DNA of 64,000 nucleotides from Flaccisagitta enflata (Eukaryota): NCBI GenBank assembly GCA_965153355.1, contig OZ231126.1:2542001-2606000 (forward strand), in the 5' to 3' direction. Every line of letters begins with the position of its first letter. Position 1 is the first letter of the stretch. Positions 1 to 34,710 of this stretch are shown one piece after another. A program made the translations under genes and the position numbers. The notes beneath the pieces were generated by a model that was given only the letters and a program-made list of their open reading frames with translations, was not told where the DNA came from and did not search any database.

Positions 1-568
1 TACATGGTCAGCGGTACCCGATGCCCCTAAGTTAGTGTACGTGGGAATGAGATTATGAGAGGGGCAGCGGCCCAGGAGGGGCGGATGACCTATAATTCTA
101 CATAGGACAATTTTCTCCGGTTTGAGAAGCTGGTTTGGAGGGCTGAGAGGCCGGATCTTGGGTCTGAAAGGTCTGATTTGGGTCTGAGGGGTGTAATTTG
201 GGGTCTGAGGGGTCTTATTTGGGGTCTGAAAAGCCTTATTTGGGGTCTGAGGATTGATATGGGTCTGGGAGGCTTAATTTGGTGTCTGAGAAGCCTGATC
301 TTGCGTTTGGGAGGCCTGATTTGGGGTCTGAGAGCCCTGATTTTGGGTCCGAGAGGCCTGATTTAGGATTTGGGAGGCCTGATTGGAGATATGAGAGGCC
401 TGATTAGGGGACAGAAAGGTCTGATTTGGGGTCTGAAAGGCCTGATTTGCGGTCTGAGAGGCTTTATTTGAGGCTTGGGGAGGGGGGGTTGTACGGAAAA
501 TGAAAATGGGAGAAAAATGCCCTTGGTGGAATCATAGGTCATCGGCCCCTCCAGGGCCGCTGCCCAAA
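1..568 (-). mobile_element. Non-autonomous repeat family B (subterminal inverted repeats, internal 21-bp minisatellite; Helentron-like)
   Basis: GGGCAGCGGCCC..GATGACCTAT (~62-93) pairs with ATAGGTCATCGGCCCC..GGCCGCTGCCC (~534-565) around a 21-bp tandem repeat (GGCCTGATTTGGGGTCTGAGA-like). Related copies at ~19666-20255, ~35765-35930, ~50926-51290 and ~55520-55815. Confidence 0.7.
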
Positions 569-644
569 AAAGAAGGAAAGGTGACGGCAGACTGAAGGAC
601 CAATTTGACTGCCGACTATTTCTTTCCTTCTTCGTCTTGGTCTA

Positions 645-914
645 TCAATCCACTTTAAACTGTTTTATGGAGGCAATTATCATTACAATTTTTACAGCGA
701 TAACTCTGTTGGTGCGAATGACAATGTAGTTAGGAAATGATGTCAATGGATCCGGATCTGCCGCCAAGTCGTTGCCAGAGGAGGAGGAGGCGATGGTGAA
801 TTCAGTCGTCGACAGAGAAGCGGCGTTGGCGGACAAACAACAACAACAACAGCCACAATAAAACCAACAATTAGTGCTTGCGTGCCTCATGGTCACCAAC
901 AACAGTAGCTCCAT
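645..914 (-). other. Possible coding fragment or first exon of a secreted protein (uncertain)
   Basis: GC-richer than its flanks, with an 89-aa ORF. A hydrophobic stretch (LIVGFIVAVVVVVV) lies in a neighbouring frame. No recognisable domain and no linked exons found. Confidence 0.2.
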
Positions 915-944
915 CGAAGAGAATTAAAATTGAAGGATTTTCTC

Positions 945-980
<36 letters not shown>

Positions 981-1080
981 CTTGCTTGCTACAAGGAAGC
1001 TACTTCATCTCTCAAAAAATGTAATGAAAAAATGTTATGTTATGGACATGCTGAAAAAAAGATTATTTTTTTGTTCTGTT

Positions 1081-1297
1081 TTTTTTAGTCGCGTGCTACG
1101 CGACTCTACACCCCGCTTTGTCGGTCCTTCGGTCCGTCCGTCCGTCCGTCGGTCCATCCGTCCATCCGTCACACTTTACTTTTTCAGCGTTTATGGGGTT
1201 TTTGGCTATACCGCTCCTGCCCAAATGCTCAACTGACCTCAAATATGGCCCCTGCCCACCCGCACGCGACTGGGGTAGCCGTGTATCCGGCCTTGTT
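1081..1297 (+). mobile_element. Helentron/HINE-like non-autonomous element family A (representative copy; roughly 25-30 copies in the window)
   Basis: 5' hairpin TTTTAGTCGCGTGC(T)ACGCGACTCTA, internal GTCG/GTCC microsatellite, 3' GCCCACCCGCACGCGACT..GCCGTGTATCCGGCCTTGTT. Inserted in T-runs with no TSD, the DINE-1/HINE architecture. Other copies near 6051, 7652, 8749, 9073, 13071, 15491, 19555, 21465, 23281, 24877, 29858, 30481, 31128, 31470, 37551, 41757, 48340, 49616, 50173, 55250, 57716, 57944 and 59140. Confidence 0.75.
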
Positions 1298-2164
1298 TTT
1301 TCTGAAGTTATTGGTGGACGAAGAGCATTGTTGAAGGTTGCAATTACGATCAATTTGCCCTACTTTCTTAGGACCTACAGTTGATTTGGTCCAGACTAGA
1401 GGGGGGCAAGCATAATAAAAGTGAAAAAATTATGAGAGTGACATTTTGCATATGAAAGAATAAAAGTGCGTCAATCAATATTACAATTGACTGCCTTAGA
1501 AATACATTTTCATATTTTCCTGTTTATTTTCAAAAAAAATGTAATATTCATCTTTTTAGCAATATTATTCTTAAATCTTTATTTATTTTCTCATTTTCAT
1601 GCCCCCATTTCTTCAAATCGAGACAATAGCTACTGTACCAACTGGCTGGGTGTTGCGTGGTCAGTCAGTAATTGGGAACCATTCTTAATGAAGGTCTGTT
1701 TCATTTTAGGTGCGACACTGCATCTTAAAAAGAGGCACTGTCCGTTGGTTGGTCTGTCTTTGGGTCATACTTGGATGAAAGGTTGCTACTTCCTCTTTTG
1801 GGCTCATCTGTTCTATAACAAAAACGTATTCTATTTATCATAGTTGGTGTTCATTGAATATTGTTCAACGTGACTGACATAGAAGAAATATTTGAAATAT
1901 AGCCAATTTACATCATTTTAGTGTTGATCACGTAATTCTATCTTTTGCCAAATTTAAAACTAACAATAACATTGCAAAAAAGAAGAGATGGATAAATACC
2001 ATAATTATGTCAAGACTAAATACAAGTCTTTAGGAGTGGATTTTTTACATTTCGTGTAATTTTAACCCAGCTGTCAAAGGCTTTGAATTTTTTGAGTAGT
2101 GGTAGGACAGAGTAGCTGACGAAAGAATAAACAGACTGACATTTATTTCGTCTTCTAATTTATT

Positions 2165-2686
2165 GTCTTGAGAACTTCCACCATGGGTCCATGTAGTCTT
2201 TGAACACAGTTAAATTCTCTACTTGAGTTTTGCGCGGCTGCCAAATTTCAACATTAACACTGGCATTCGATTCTCGTCTGCATCGACCTCCCGTTTTCGG
2301 GTTAGCGCCCAAATTTGCCACCGTCGGCACCAACGTCCAATCTCTGTGTAGATAGTATCTATTAGATACCAGTGCCAGATTTCTATCAACAGCAGTACTG
2401 GTGATGAGGTTTCACCATCATCAACCAGAAGTAAATTTGCACCGTTACTTTGACTGTTCGCCAAATCAGCCGGAGTAAAAGTCGCAAACTTCTTCGGCCT
2501 GAATGTATTTCGGTTCGTCATAGCGAGGGTCGTTGCAGGATCATTTGTTTTTCTGCGACGGCAACTTCTTGTATTTTTTACTAGAGATAAGTGGAGTTAC
2601 CGCTTCGATAATCTTTCAAGACGAAGGAGGATGAACTGACAATCCCGTTTAATTAGGAAGATAATAGGCAGCAATATTTTGTCCAT
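2165..2686 (-). pseudogene. Decayed secreted-protein ORF, weakly C-type-lectin-like
   Basis: Starts MDKILLPIIFLI (signal-like). Protein-like segments switch frames several times (AEEVCDFYSG, LANSQSN, IWHW) and contain stops. Confidence 0.25.
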
Positions 2687-3109
2687 GAGGTTGATTTAGG
2701 ATGAAGGTCAGTAAAATTCTTCTAACAACATAATTCTTCTTGCGTAATGTTGTTGTTGTTGTTGTTGTTATTGTTGTGTTGAATCACACATATTTGTGGC
2801 CAATTCGTCCGTATCCAGCAAACATGAAGACAATTTCCTCTTAGTCTTACGACTTGTTTTTAATAGAGACGGCCAGAGGAATTTCTATATATATAGCTAT
2901 ATTTTCCACTTTAAACTGTTAATTTACTGCCTTATAAACCTATCAAAGCATTTATTTTTCTTCTTCCTCTCCTTTTTAGTTGCCTCCGTCGGTTCGTTGG
3001 TCCATTGGACCGTCGGCCCATCGGTCTGTTAGTCCATTGGTACGTTGGTCCGTTCATCACGCTTGAGTTGAAAACGCAAAAACGCTCATTTACGATGCTG
3101 CAGTTGTTA

Positions 3110-3184
<75 letters not shown>

Positions 3185-3781
3185 AGGGGAGTTGGGGGTA
3201 GGGTTGGGGCGAGGCTGGGGATTGGATGCCATTGCCCACCTGTCCGCAACGATATCGTGACTCCGCGTCGCTTGTTTTCTCCTTTCTTTTTTTCTTTTCT
3301 GGTCTTTTGTATTTTTATATCTCTCAGGCCCGGGCCCCCCATCTGAGGTGAATTTAATCGTCCTCTGGCTGACTCAGCGACTTTATGCCGACATTTGCTT
3401 TCATTTCATGAGAAGTTCTTTTCTTGATTTCAGATGGCCTCCCTGTAGTAATCATTCTCCCGTTAGTTTGTTTCTATCCTTAGTAATTATCTAGAAGGCA
3501 ATTATACGCCTAAATTTTAAAATAAACCTCGTCTCAGCATCTTACCAGTGATTAGCAAAATCTACCATCCTCGTTTTGTCCATAGACATTGAAGCCTCAA
3601 AACAGCCTAAGAATTAAAGCATTGAGGGCTCGCCCAAAATACGACATTCTATATAAAAAAAAAAAGAAAGTGTAATCAAAACCGTAAATGTGTCGCTTTA
3701 TTGTCATTATTCGTGATTCATCACCATGCTTAAAATCTTACACAGTGAATAAGAGATCATCGTACATATCCACCTTTTTCA

Positions 3782-6700
3782 TCATGGGCATGCCATCCAA
3801 TCCATTTGAACTAAAGTTGGACGTATAACGCTGTAACCAACGTCCAAACGAACACTGCCGTGAGTGGTATTGAATGCATAGCCGCTTTGACCGTAAAACC
3901 AGTTTTCATTTGATGTTGTAACGTTCATATAAACCTTATTAATGCTGGAAATCATGACAGGTCTGTGCGGGAAGGTCATCCCAAAAGGAAAAGTTTTACC
4001 GACAGCAGTGTCTAGGGGATTTTTGAAACGTGAGGGAAAATGCAGCTTGACACCGCCGGTTACGCATTTCAGTTCTCCATCTGGAAGAGAAGTAGAAAAC
4101 AATAATTTGACAATTTCAGTCATCTAAGAAGGTCAAAATTTAAATACGGTAAGTGCTTGAGGCATTACTTGGTGAGAACTCATGAGCTTTTCATATGAAA
4201 GTTGGACAACATTACTACTCAACAATATCTAAAGTAAGGACAAGAGCCTTTGGAGCTCTTACCGGTGTGTAATCCGGACCCATCACAAGTTCATAACTAT
4301 CCTTTAAATTTCTGAAAAAACATTCCCTCTTCAGAAGTTGAGAGCAATATCTTTTAATTTGATGACCAACAACGTGAATTACAAAAACTACAACAAGCGA
4401 CAATATGATGTTTATGCTATTTGATTTGCGACCGACAAAAGCGGAGAAATAAGCTGTGCTTGTGTTTACTTGTAAGTTGTAAGTTTTCTCTTTCATTTTT
4501 ACCTGTTTGCTTTCCACCATTTCCACCACCGTTGTTCACGCGATCTAAACGGTAATGAGAAAAAAAAACATCATGATGTTTTACAATGCTATTTTTGTGT
4601 TTATCAACGGCAATAAATCTGTGTATATGAACACTGAATTTCTGGTACCTCATGGACAAAATCATGTGGAAATTTTGGGGAAGACAGATACAGTATGTTT
4701 CATCTCGACTGTAACATTTCATGACAATGTAGCTCCAAAAGTATTAAAGATAATTCAATTCTGTAAAAAATATCTGAGAGATAATACTTTAGCATTTAAT
4801 GTTCATCAATTCTTAGGTTTTTTTGACAAAAATTGGACGCTGTTATCACATAGCTAGCTAGATCGCACAAAATGCAAAAAATGTTATTTTATTCTTTATA
4901 TTTTTGAGGTAGTTATCAATAGGCTTCTTTTCTTTTTCATTATTTACAAACTACAAAAAAATTTCTCTCATTTAAGACCAATCTGGCATCAGTAGCTAAA
5001 ACTGTTTGAAAATAAGAGCAATGTAAGGAAAGACAGTATAACTGGCAAAATAGTAAAATATCCTTTTTTTGCATAGCATATTTTCCAATTCCAGCTCATA
5101 ATGTTTTTAAAGGCTGATATTTCTTAAAAAAGTCCTAGGAATTATTGATAACAAAATGCTAAAGTATTATCTTCCAGATGTTTTTTACAGAATTGAATTA
5201 TCTTTATTACTTTTGGAGCTACACCGTCATGAAATGTTACAGTCGAGATGAAACATACTGTATATCGTTTGTGAGAAGGAAAAATAATGGGGGGTTGTGT
5301 AGAAGATATCGAAGAAATCTGGTGGGTATGACAAACATTGTAGATTTTTGGGTTTACTGACTTGACAGACATGGGAGAAATCTAGGTTGTATGACAGACC
5401 ATCGGAGACTGTTGGGTTGCGTGACAGACGACAGGGGAGACTACCATGGGACCCACATGGTGCTTAAGGTTGATATTATAAGAATATCGCACCTCAGCAG
5501 TTACAATTGGCGATCCCAACTTTTTAGTTGCGTGCTACGCGACTCAACATTCCGCTTTGTCGGTCCGTCGGTCTGTTGGTCGGTCCAAATGCTCCTGCCC
5601 GAATGATCAAGTGACCTCAACACTACTGTCTTACAGCCGATCCATGGTAAGAATGACATTACGCTGTTTTTTTTTTTTTTTTTTTTTTTTTGCAGTTTTG
5701 CTAATTTCATATGTGTACAATACAAGAACAATCAAGAGAGAAATCTTTCCTGGAGCGCCTTTTGAGAAAAATCGATTTTTCACTTACAGGAAAGGTGGTG
5801 GTAAAGCAGGTTCTTGTGAGTTGTATTGACTCATTTTTTGATTCCATATTATTATTCTATGCAAAATTTTCTTTCATTTGATAGGTCACACTATATGGTT
5901 CAATACAGATATAAAGTTTTCATATTTTGAGCCTCCGTTACTTTTTCGTAACGGTGATTCAAAAAAAGAAAATCTAAACTCTTTGCAAAAGTAAAGAGTG
6001 CGACCTATCAAATGAAAGGGAATTTTGCCTAGATTAACAATATGGAATCAAACAAGGCCGGATACACGGCTACCCCAGTCATGTGTGGGTGGGCAGGGGC
6101 CATAATTGAGGTCAGTGGAGCATTTGGGCAGGAGCAGTAAGGCCAAAAACGCCGAAAAAGTAAAGTATGACGGACCGACGGATGGACCGACGGACGGACG
6201 GACCGACGAACCGACGGACCGACAAAGCGGGGTGTAGAGTCGCGGAGCACGCGACTAAAAATATGACAACACAACCCAGTAGAATCTGCATTGAACATGG
6301 GTCTAATTCTTTCTGATTTTGAGAATTACTCAAAAAGGGCTCCAGGAAAGATTTCCCTCTTGATTGTTCTTGTATTGAAATTGGCTAAACTGAAAAAAAA
6401 ACACACAAAAACAGAGTAATGCCGTTCTTACCATCGATCAGCTGTCAAACAGTAGTGTCAGATACGGCTCTTGCCCACCCGCACTCGACTGGGGTAGCCG
6501 TGTATCCGGCCTTGTTTAAGACTCAGACATTCCTTTTTCGGCTGCATTAGACCATCCGTCAATCAAACTTGATAAGTCATTCAAACAAGCTTTTCAAAAC
6601 GATGAATTTTTTTCTACGCTGCCTCTCAGGGTTGTTCCGATATCTAGAATATGTAAGAGTACCTTCAACATTCTTTATTCGATTTTCTACAATTTGAATT

Positions 6701-8329
6701 CGATCCCCGACTTCTTTCATCAGATTTGAAAGGTCGACTTGAACTGGGTAGATGTCCTTCTTGGATGGATTTGGCTTCGGGTGCGCAGTATCTGTACAAA
6801 CAAAATTTGTCAATACTGCGGTCGCGTTTTTAGTGACGACAAAATTCGAGATCATTTCTGTTTTTCATTTTCAGTGTGAACACTTTTATGAATTTCAACT
6901 GTCCCTGAATGGAGTGAGCAAAGTGAGTGAGCGAGCCCGAGAATGGAGCGAGCAAGCAAAGCGAGCAAGGGAAGCCAGCGTAGCAAAACGGAGCACTGCA
7001 GAGCAAGCGGTGTAAGCTAACGAACATAGCGAGTGACCTGTAAAACACACAATTTTCGGTGTGTAGAAACTGGCCATGTGTATGACTGTTGTGAGTGTGT
7101 TAGATAACAAAGGTACAAGTTAAATATCATCAGTGGCAAACATGAAAGAACATTAATTATGATGTTCCGTCTTTCAGACACCGCTGGTTTTCGGTCACAA
7201 ATTTCACGAACAAAAATAGTGACAGAAAAAATCTGCAAAAAGCAACAGGAAACATAGTTGCTGTTTGTTTTGCTTCAAAGCACTTCAATTTCCATGTTTC
7301 ATGTCTACATATAGAAATTTATCGGAAATCTAATTCTCTTTTACGCCAACAGAATACAAATATAGACCTGACATGACGTCCCCTCCAATTTTCCTGCCCT
7401 ATGTCATCGTAATTCACCCTGTATCGCTTTGGTGAGTGTTTCCAATTTCGATTCCATTGATGTCTCCAGACGTTTGAGATGCTCGCTGATGCGATCGAGA
7501 ATATTTCCCTCGGCGGCGCGCAAAGCTGCTTCTGAAATTCAGATAGATTATCTCTTACCATCTATACCTGTCAAGCTCTCAAGTTTGTTAGCGATCACGA
7601 GCCGCCAGTAAAGCAGCTTAATATTGAGGTCCCAGATTTTACTGTTTTCTGTTTTTTAGTCGCGGACACGCGACTCTACACCTTGGTCGGTAGGTCGGTA
7701 GGTAACAAATATTTCTGAATTTCGAGCGGTTTTTGCATTACGGCCACCGCCCAACCGTCCGCGACTGTTTTGCCGTGTATCCGGCCTTGTTTACACAGGA
7801 ACTTAACTTAAGAAATGTTTCAATGAAAGTTTCCCGAGCCAATGGTATCTTTGGAATTGATGTGCGATAAGAAACAAAATGCGCAACTGGGTACCACTTT
7901 TAGCTACTTTTGTTTACATCGTTTTTCAGAACTGGCAACACTTTTTTGCTAATGCAATTATTCTATGCTCAGGCTTTTCCAGAATTTTATATGTTGTAAG
8001 TTGTATGTTTAGGCTTTTCTAGAATTTTGAATCATCTGCCAGTTTGTTAGTCTAATGAAAATGTGTAGTCAAAATACTACCTTGGGAACAAACGCAAAAG
8101 ACTAGCTAAGTTACTTACAAGGTCAGTCTCCTGTACCAATGGAGGATATTGCAATGTCCTGTATATTGCAATACCCTATATTGACGAGTCGTTATTACTC
8201 ACCTTCACCATTGATGGATTCATTTTTCAAATGTCCATGGCCATACAAAGGAGAATCGGCATTTTCGAGATCTTCCCCAACAACGAAAATCGCTGACAAA
8301 ACTACGACGAAGGCCAATCTGGACAACAT
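3782..8329 (-). CDS. Secreted coiled-coil protein with C-terminal H-type lectin domain (~236 aa, 5 exons)
   Basis: Exons 8329-8203, 7531-7418, 6791-6663, 4544-4503 and 4080-3782; all introns GT-AG and phase 1; total 711 nt ending in TGA. Signal peptide MLSRLAFVVVLSAIFVVG, two heptad-like exons (ILDRISEHLKRLETSMESKLETLTKAIQ; LSNLMKEVGDRIQIVENRIKNVE), a Gly linker, then CVTG..FPFGMTFPHRPVMISSI..NTT..MDWMACP, matching the H-type lectin pattern. Confidence 0.75.
4691..5260. mobile_element. Tc1/mariner-type MITE with long TIRs
   Basis: TA|CAGTATGTTTCATCTCGACTGTAACATTTCATGAC ... GTCATGAAATGTTACAGTCGAGATGAAACATACTG|TA, with ~110-bp TIRs. Related element at 29082-29633. Confidence 0.8.
5621..6457. 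mobile_element. Long-TIR MITE with CACTA-like ends, nested inside a family A copy and itself carrying another
   Basis: CACTACTGTC..GATCCATGGTAAGAA at the left end and TTCTTACCATCGATC..CAGTAGTG at the right. It splits the family A copy 5521-5620 / 6458-6516. Confidence 0.7.
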
Positions 8330-8598
8330 TCTCGAGATGAAAACGTTGATTTTATCAATCGACTTTTATTTCTTGCTCTTGCAGATTTGCGGTTAGGGAG
8401 ACTGATAACTCTACGGACGAGTTCTATCGCTTTGTTTTTGTTTTGAAGTAATGTCTAACGCGAGAATTTTCCCTCTTACAGTTGTATCTAAGGACGACTT
8501 GATTGGACTAAATCACTGACAGTGACAGCACGCATAATCCGTCGTGCAAAATCAATCGTCATATTCAGTTAGTCACGATCTTTCTGTGTTTTTTTCCC

Positions 8599-8635
<37 letters not shown>

Positions 8636-8663
8636 GACTGTCTGTCTCTTTCGATCTGTCTCT

Positions 8664-8714
<51 letters not shown>

Positions 8715-9427
8715 TGTCTATCTGTCTGTGCCTGTGCTGAAAAACAAAACAAGGCCGGATACACGGTTACCCCATACGCGTGCGGGTGGGCAGGGGCTGT
8801 ATTTGCGGTCACTTGATCATTTGGGTAGGAGTAGTGTGGCCAAAGACCGCAAAAACCCTAAAAAAGTGTTACGGCGGACCGACGGACCGACAAACCGACG
8901 GACCGACGGACCGACGAACTGACAAAGCGGGGTGCAGAGTCGCGTAGCACGCGACTAAAATCAAAAATAACTCACGTTTATTCGTATATTCGTTTATTCG
9001 TATATTTCATATTCGTAGCCGGGACGATGGACAGTGAATATTGAAGGAATATTCCATAATGATTTAATGCACTTTTTAGTTGCGGACACGCAACTCTATA
9101 AGAGGTTTTGTCCGTCCATCGGTCCGTCCGTCGGTCCGTCCGTCGGTCCGTAATGATCGAGACAAAAAGTGGGAAAACGCGCCTTTCCGCCCCTGCCCAC
9201 CCGTCTGCCACTGATGGCCGTGTATCCGACCTTGTTTGTAACTATATTGGTTGGTCCGTTGTTCTGTACGAATCATTTTCATAGTTTGGAAATCCTCTGC
9301 AATACGGGCCACCAAAATCGCGTTGACATTCCGAGATAGAAAGTGTACAAATTTCTCATCGGATTTAAGATGTCCAATCCGATACAATCCATATCATTCT
9401 AGGGATACCACCAAAAGCCTGATACAG

Positions 9428-10365
<938 letters not shown>

Positions 10366-10394
10366 AAATCATTCTAAAGATCCTCATTATAGAA

Positions 10395-26330
<15,936 letters not shown>

Positions 26331-26662
26331 TAGTATTGAAATCATGAATCTGGTTATGGATGGAAACGTAATAGACTATTTCTAATAAAGCATCGAGACG
26401 AAGGAGATGCAAGGGAACTTTTTCAAGAAAGAGCGTCCTATCCTTAAGACTAGAGCAAAAACACCAAGATTAAAATAATTGGAGAGGTTGGTTATAATGA
26501 ACCTGCTGTTGATAGGATGACAAAATAATAGAAGATAAAGCTGATTGAAGATATTTGAGTTTCGAGGATTTAAATCAGTTTCACTCCTTTTATTTTGCTG
26601 AGGTTATCAATTTCAAACGGGAGCAATCGGGAATTGTGATTGTAGTCGAGTTGCCTGGATTC

Positions 26663-26730
<68 letters not shown>

Positions 26731-27977
26731 TCTTATCTCTTTTAAGTATCTATCTGTAGTTATAACCAAACTGCAGAATTAAGCGTCTTTGTTTCCACAA
26801 TTTATCGACGGAGAATTGCAGAGATTCAATTTCCCTTTTTTCCACGAAAGGGAGAAATAAAAGTCCAGAGTTCTTTTCTTTACGAAGGATTTAATGTAAG
26901 TGAATCATTCCAAATTTCAATTAAACAAGAAAACATAAAATAGAAAGAAACAGTTATTACAAAAAGAAAGATTACATTTTTGTCAGCAACAATTGTTATT
27001 CTTAGGCGGCATTGGAATAAAGACTGAATTAAAGACGAAGGCCGCCAAACTGAGAAGGCAACGTGATTCTTACGAAAAGGAGAAAATGAGAATTGACCAG
27101 TCAGAAAGAAATTTGACTTTTAAACGGGAGAAAGAATACGTTGAGAAAACTTACGAAGGACAAATTCTTAATACAGTATGAATTATCAAAAGTGCTTTTA
27201 CAGAGATACAGTTTCTTTTCTCTAAATTGCTAATTGCGTTTTTTATAAAGATGACGTTAAAAGAAGGTAGAAGCTGAATATTCTTAATCTTTTCCCTTGT
27301 CCTGCGTCATTGCATGTGCAATCGTCTATCACCAATTTCTTTCACTATCGGGCAATGGGTTGTTTCGCCATACTTGATTGATGAATATAATACAGTGTTT
27401 TTTACTTCAGTTGTCAGTTAAGAAAAAGATAATGTTTAGCTTTGAAAAGAGGTTAATGAGATATAGCGACCAAAATTTGAATAGCTACCGCAATGTGAAA
27501 TACGGATGACAAAAAATGGACAAAAAATGGAGGAATGTAGGAAAGGTAGAAGGCTGAAATGCGTTTCCTAGATTACAAATATGACTGTCATATTAGATAT
27601 GGATCGAATTTGCGTAGACAACTACAAGTCAAAAATCGTGTAATTGATTGACCAATGAATAAGGGACAAACAAGTTATGGAAGAGGGACTTCCTTGAAAT
27701 TGAAAGGTGACGGAAAAATCCGGGAATCAGTTAATAGCGAGGAGGCAACATAGGAAATGGAGATCGCAATTTAGACCGGATTTGAGATCTGAATCAAGAT
27801 CCGTGTTTTCTGAAGCACGCTAAGGTTAACTAGGATATCAACATGGCACTAAGATGCCCATCGATTGTATTAATTGTTTTAAATTATTTCATTATGATCA
27901 AACGAAAATCCATTCTTTATTGATTGACATTTTGTTTTTTTGCTTTATTTCTTTATAGTTCATTCATTCATCATTTT

Positions 27978-28240
<263 letters not shown>

Positions 28241-28544
28241 CCCATTCCACCCCATAGTGGCGGAAACAAGGTCAGAAAAAAAGAAACTTCGCTATGACTT
28301 TAAAGTCAGGAAATCATTAATTCAATCGACGGTTTTTGTCAACAAGCGAAGTTAGGAATCGAAATCTTATTCCTTAAATGATCGACCCCATCATCAAAAC
28401 CTGGCTCTAAACGATTTTCCAAGACTCATACTGTCTGGGTTTTAAACTTTTCCCGCAAAGAAAAAAATGAACAAAAAATTCAAAAATCATTTTAAAGAGT
28501 TTCGCGTGTATCTATGAGGTAATGAGTGAAAGAGAGAGAGAGAG

Positions 28545-28677
<133 letters not shown>

Positions 28678-28827
28678 GGTCAGACAGACGGTCAGACAGA
28701 CAGACGGTCATACAGACAGATGGTCATACAGACAGACAGACAAGAAAACCGAAATGGATCATCATTAATGTCATGTCTTTTTTTGACAAAATCCTTTTTC
28801 TGATCAATTTAGTAAAAAACGGTCAAA

Positions 28828-33002
<4,175 letters not shown>

Positions 33003-34710
33003 TAGGGGTTGGGGCTTTTATATATCGTGATCATGATTTCTTTGACTATATATCGTGATTATGACTTCATGGACTATATTGATTTAAAAAATTGCTCATC
33101 AATTGTAGTGTAGTTTAATTCGACGATTGTTGTGGCAAAATCCACGTTGAACCTTATTAAATCCGTATTCATACTAGTCCACTGTCAAAAATGTAGTCAT
33201 ACTCATAAGAAGTTCTCTATCAAAAGCATATGGTTCAAAATTAGGTATACACTACCTAGAAAAAAAAAGTTTGGAGACCCCTTTTAACAATGATATGTGT
33301 GCTTCTGAGACACTTAAACGATTTGAAAAAAAAAATTTATCTTTGAAAAAAATATCTACAAAATGAAAGCAATCTGACATTTGTAGCTCAAAGCATTAAG
33401 AAATGGCAAGCAAAAGAGGAAAATGGTCATTCTGAAAATTGTTCAAAAGTATCAGAAAAGGAAATGCAATATTTTGGGGGTACCTTCAACTGAAGATATG
33501 ACACAATGAAAATTATTGTGACACTTCAGTTTCGCCAAGAGCAAAAAAATCACCATGTTTTTTATCAAAAACAAATAATTCACCTAATAATATATGTCAC
33601 TTTGGGTAGTTAACAGAGAAAATTAATGCAAAATATCATCAGAAAAAAAAATAGTGGTTTTTCTTTTAAAAATGACTAATTTCATAAATTTCCCAAATAA
33701 ATATCTAAAAATTCATAAACAGACATCAAAAATTGTCTTATAGTAATGAAAATTGACATGCAGGTGGTTTGTTGCTTCATTTAACTACCATAAAAATTTC
33801 ATGACTTTTCTTCACCAGGAAGTGCCTCATTTAAAACTCTTAACAAAAAACATCCTTTTTTTCATATTTCTGTTGAATCTGACATAGGTGCACCCTAAAT
33901 AACAAATTTGCATAGAAATTAAAAAAATGAAAAAACCAAAAACATCAGACCTTAGTAAATTACATTATCTCGGGTCTGATGTTTTTAAAAATGCAAAATA
34001 TTCATCTGTGTTCAAGATTTGTTATTTACGGGATGAAAAATGTTTTTTTTCAAAAACTTCAAATTTTGCAATTTGGAATAGAAAAACTCACAAAATTGAT
34101 ACTTAAAATCCACAGATTGTTACAAAATTTGAAATGCTTAAGGTTAAATGCTTCCTTTGACTACCATTCAAATTTCATGACTTTACTTCAATGGGAAGTA
34201 CCCCAAATGAATTTTTCAAAATAAAATATCCTATTTTTTGAAATTCAATTGTCAGCTGACATTTTTTAAAAGGTACTTGACAAAGACATCCAAAATGCTT
34301 AAAATCATATGGCAAAAAAGTTTTATACTGGTGTCAGATAGATATGAACAGCCTCTCAAAAAAAATTTGACCATATTATACAAACTGTGTCAGTAATTAT
34401 ACAGTAAAGATACCTCATTAAAATAACTCTTACTCTTCTCTAAGATTTTGCTTGAAAATTTTGCCAATTTAAGATCATTTTACTGTGCAAAGCATGCAAT
34501 TTGAAGAGTGATTCTTTGAATTAGTATGAATGGGCTCACATAGCACATGTCAAAACAGATTTTTGGTCAAAAATGGATAATTTTATGGAAAAAATGGTGT
34601 AAAAAAACTGATGGAACAAGAGTGTCAAGATATGGTTCATGATGTCTTATTGTGTATGTAACTTTCGACTTATTTCTTTAAACACCTTCTCATTTGAAGA
34701 ATTTCGACTA

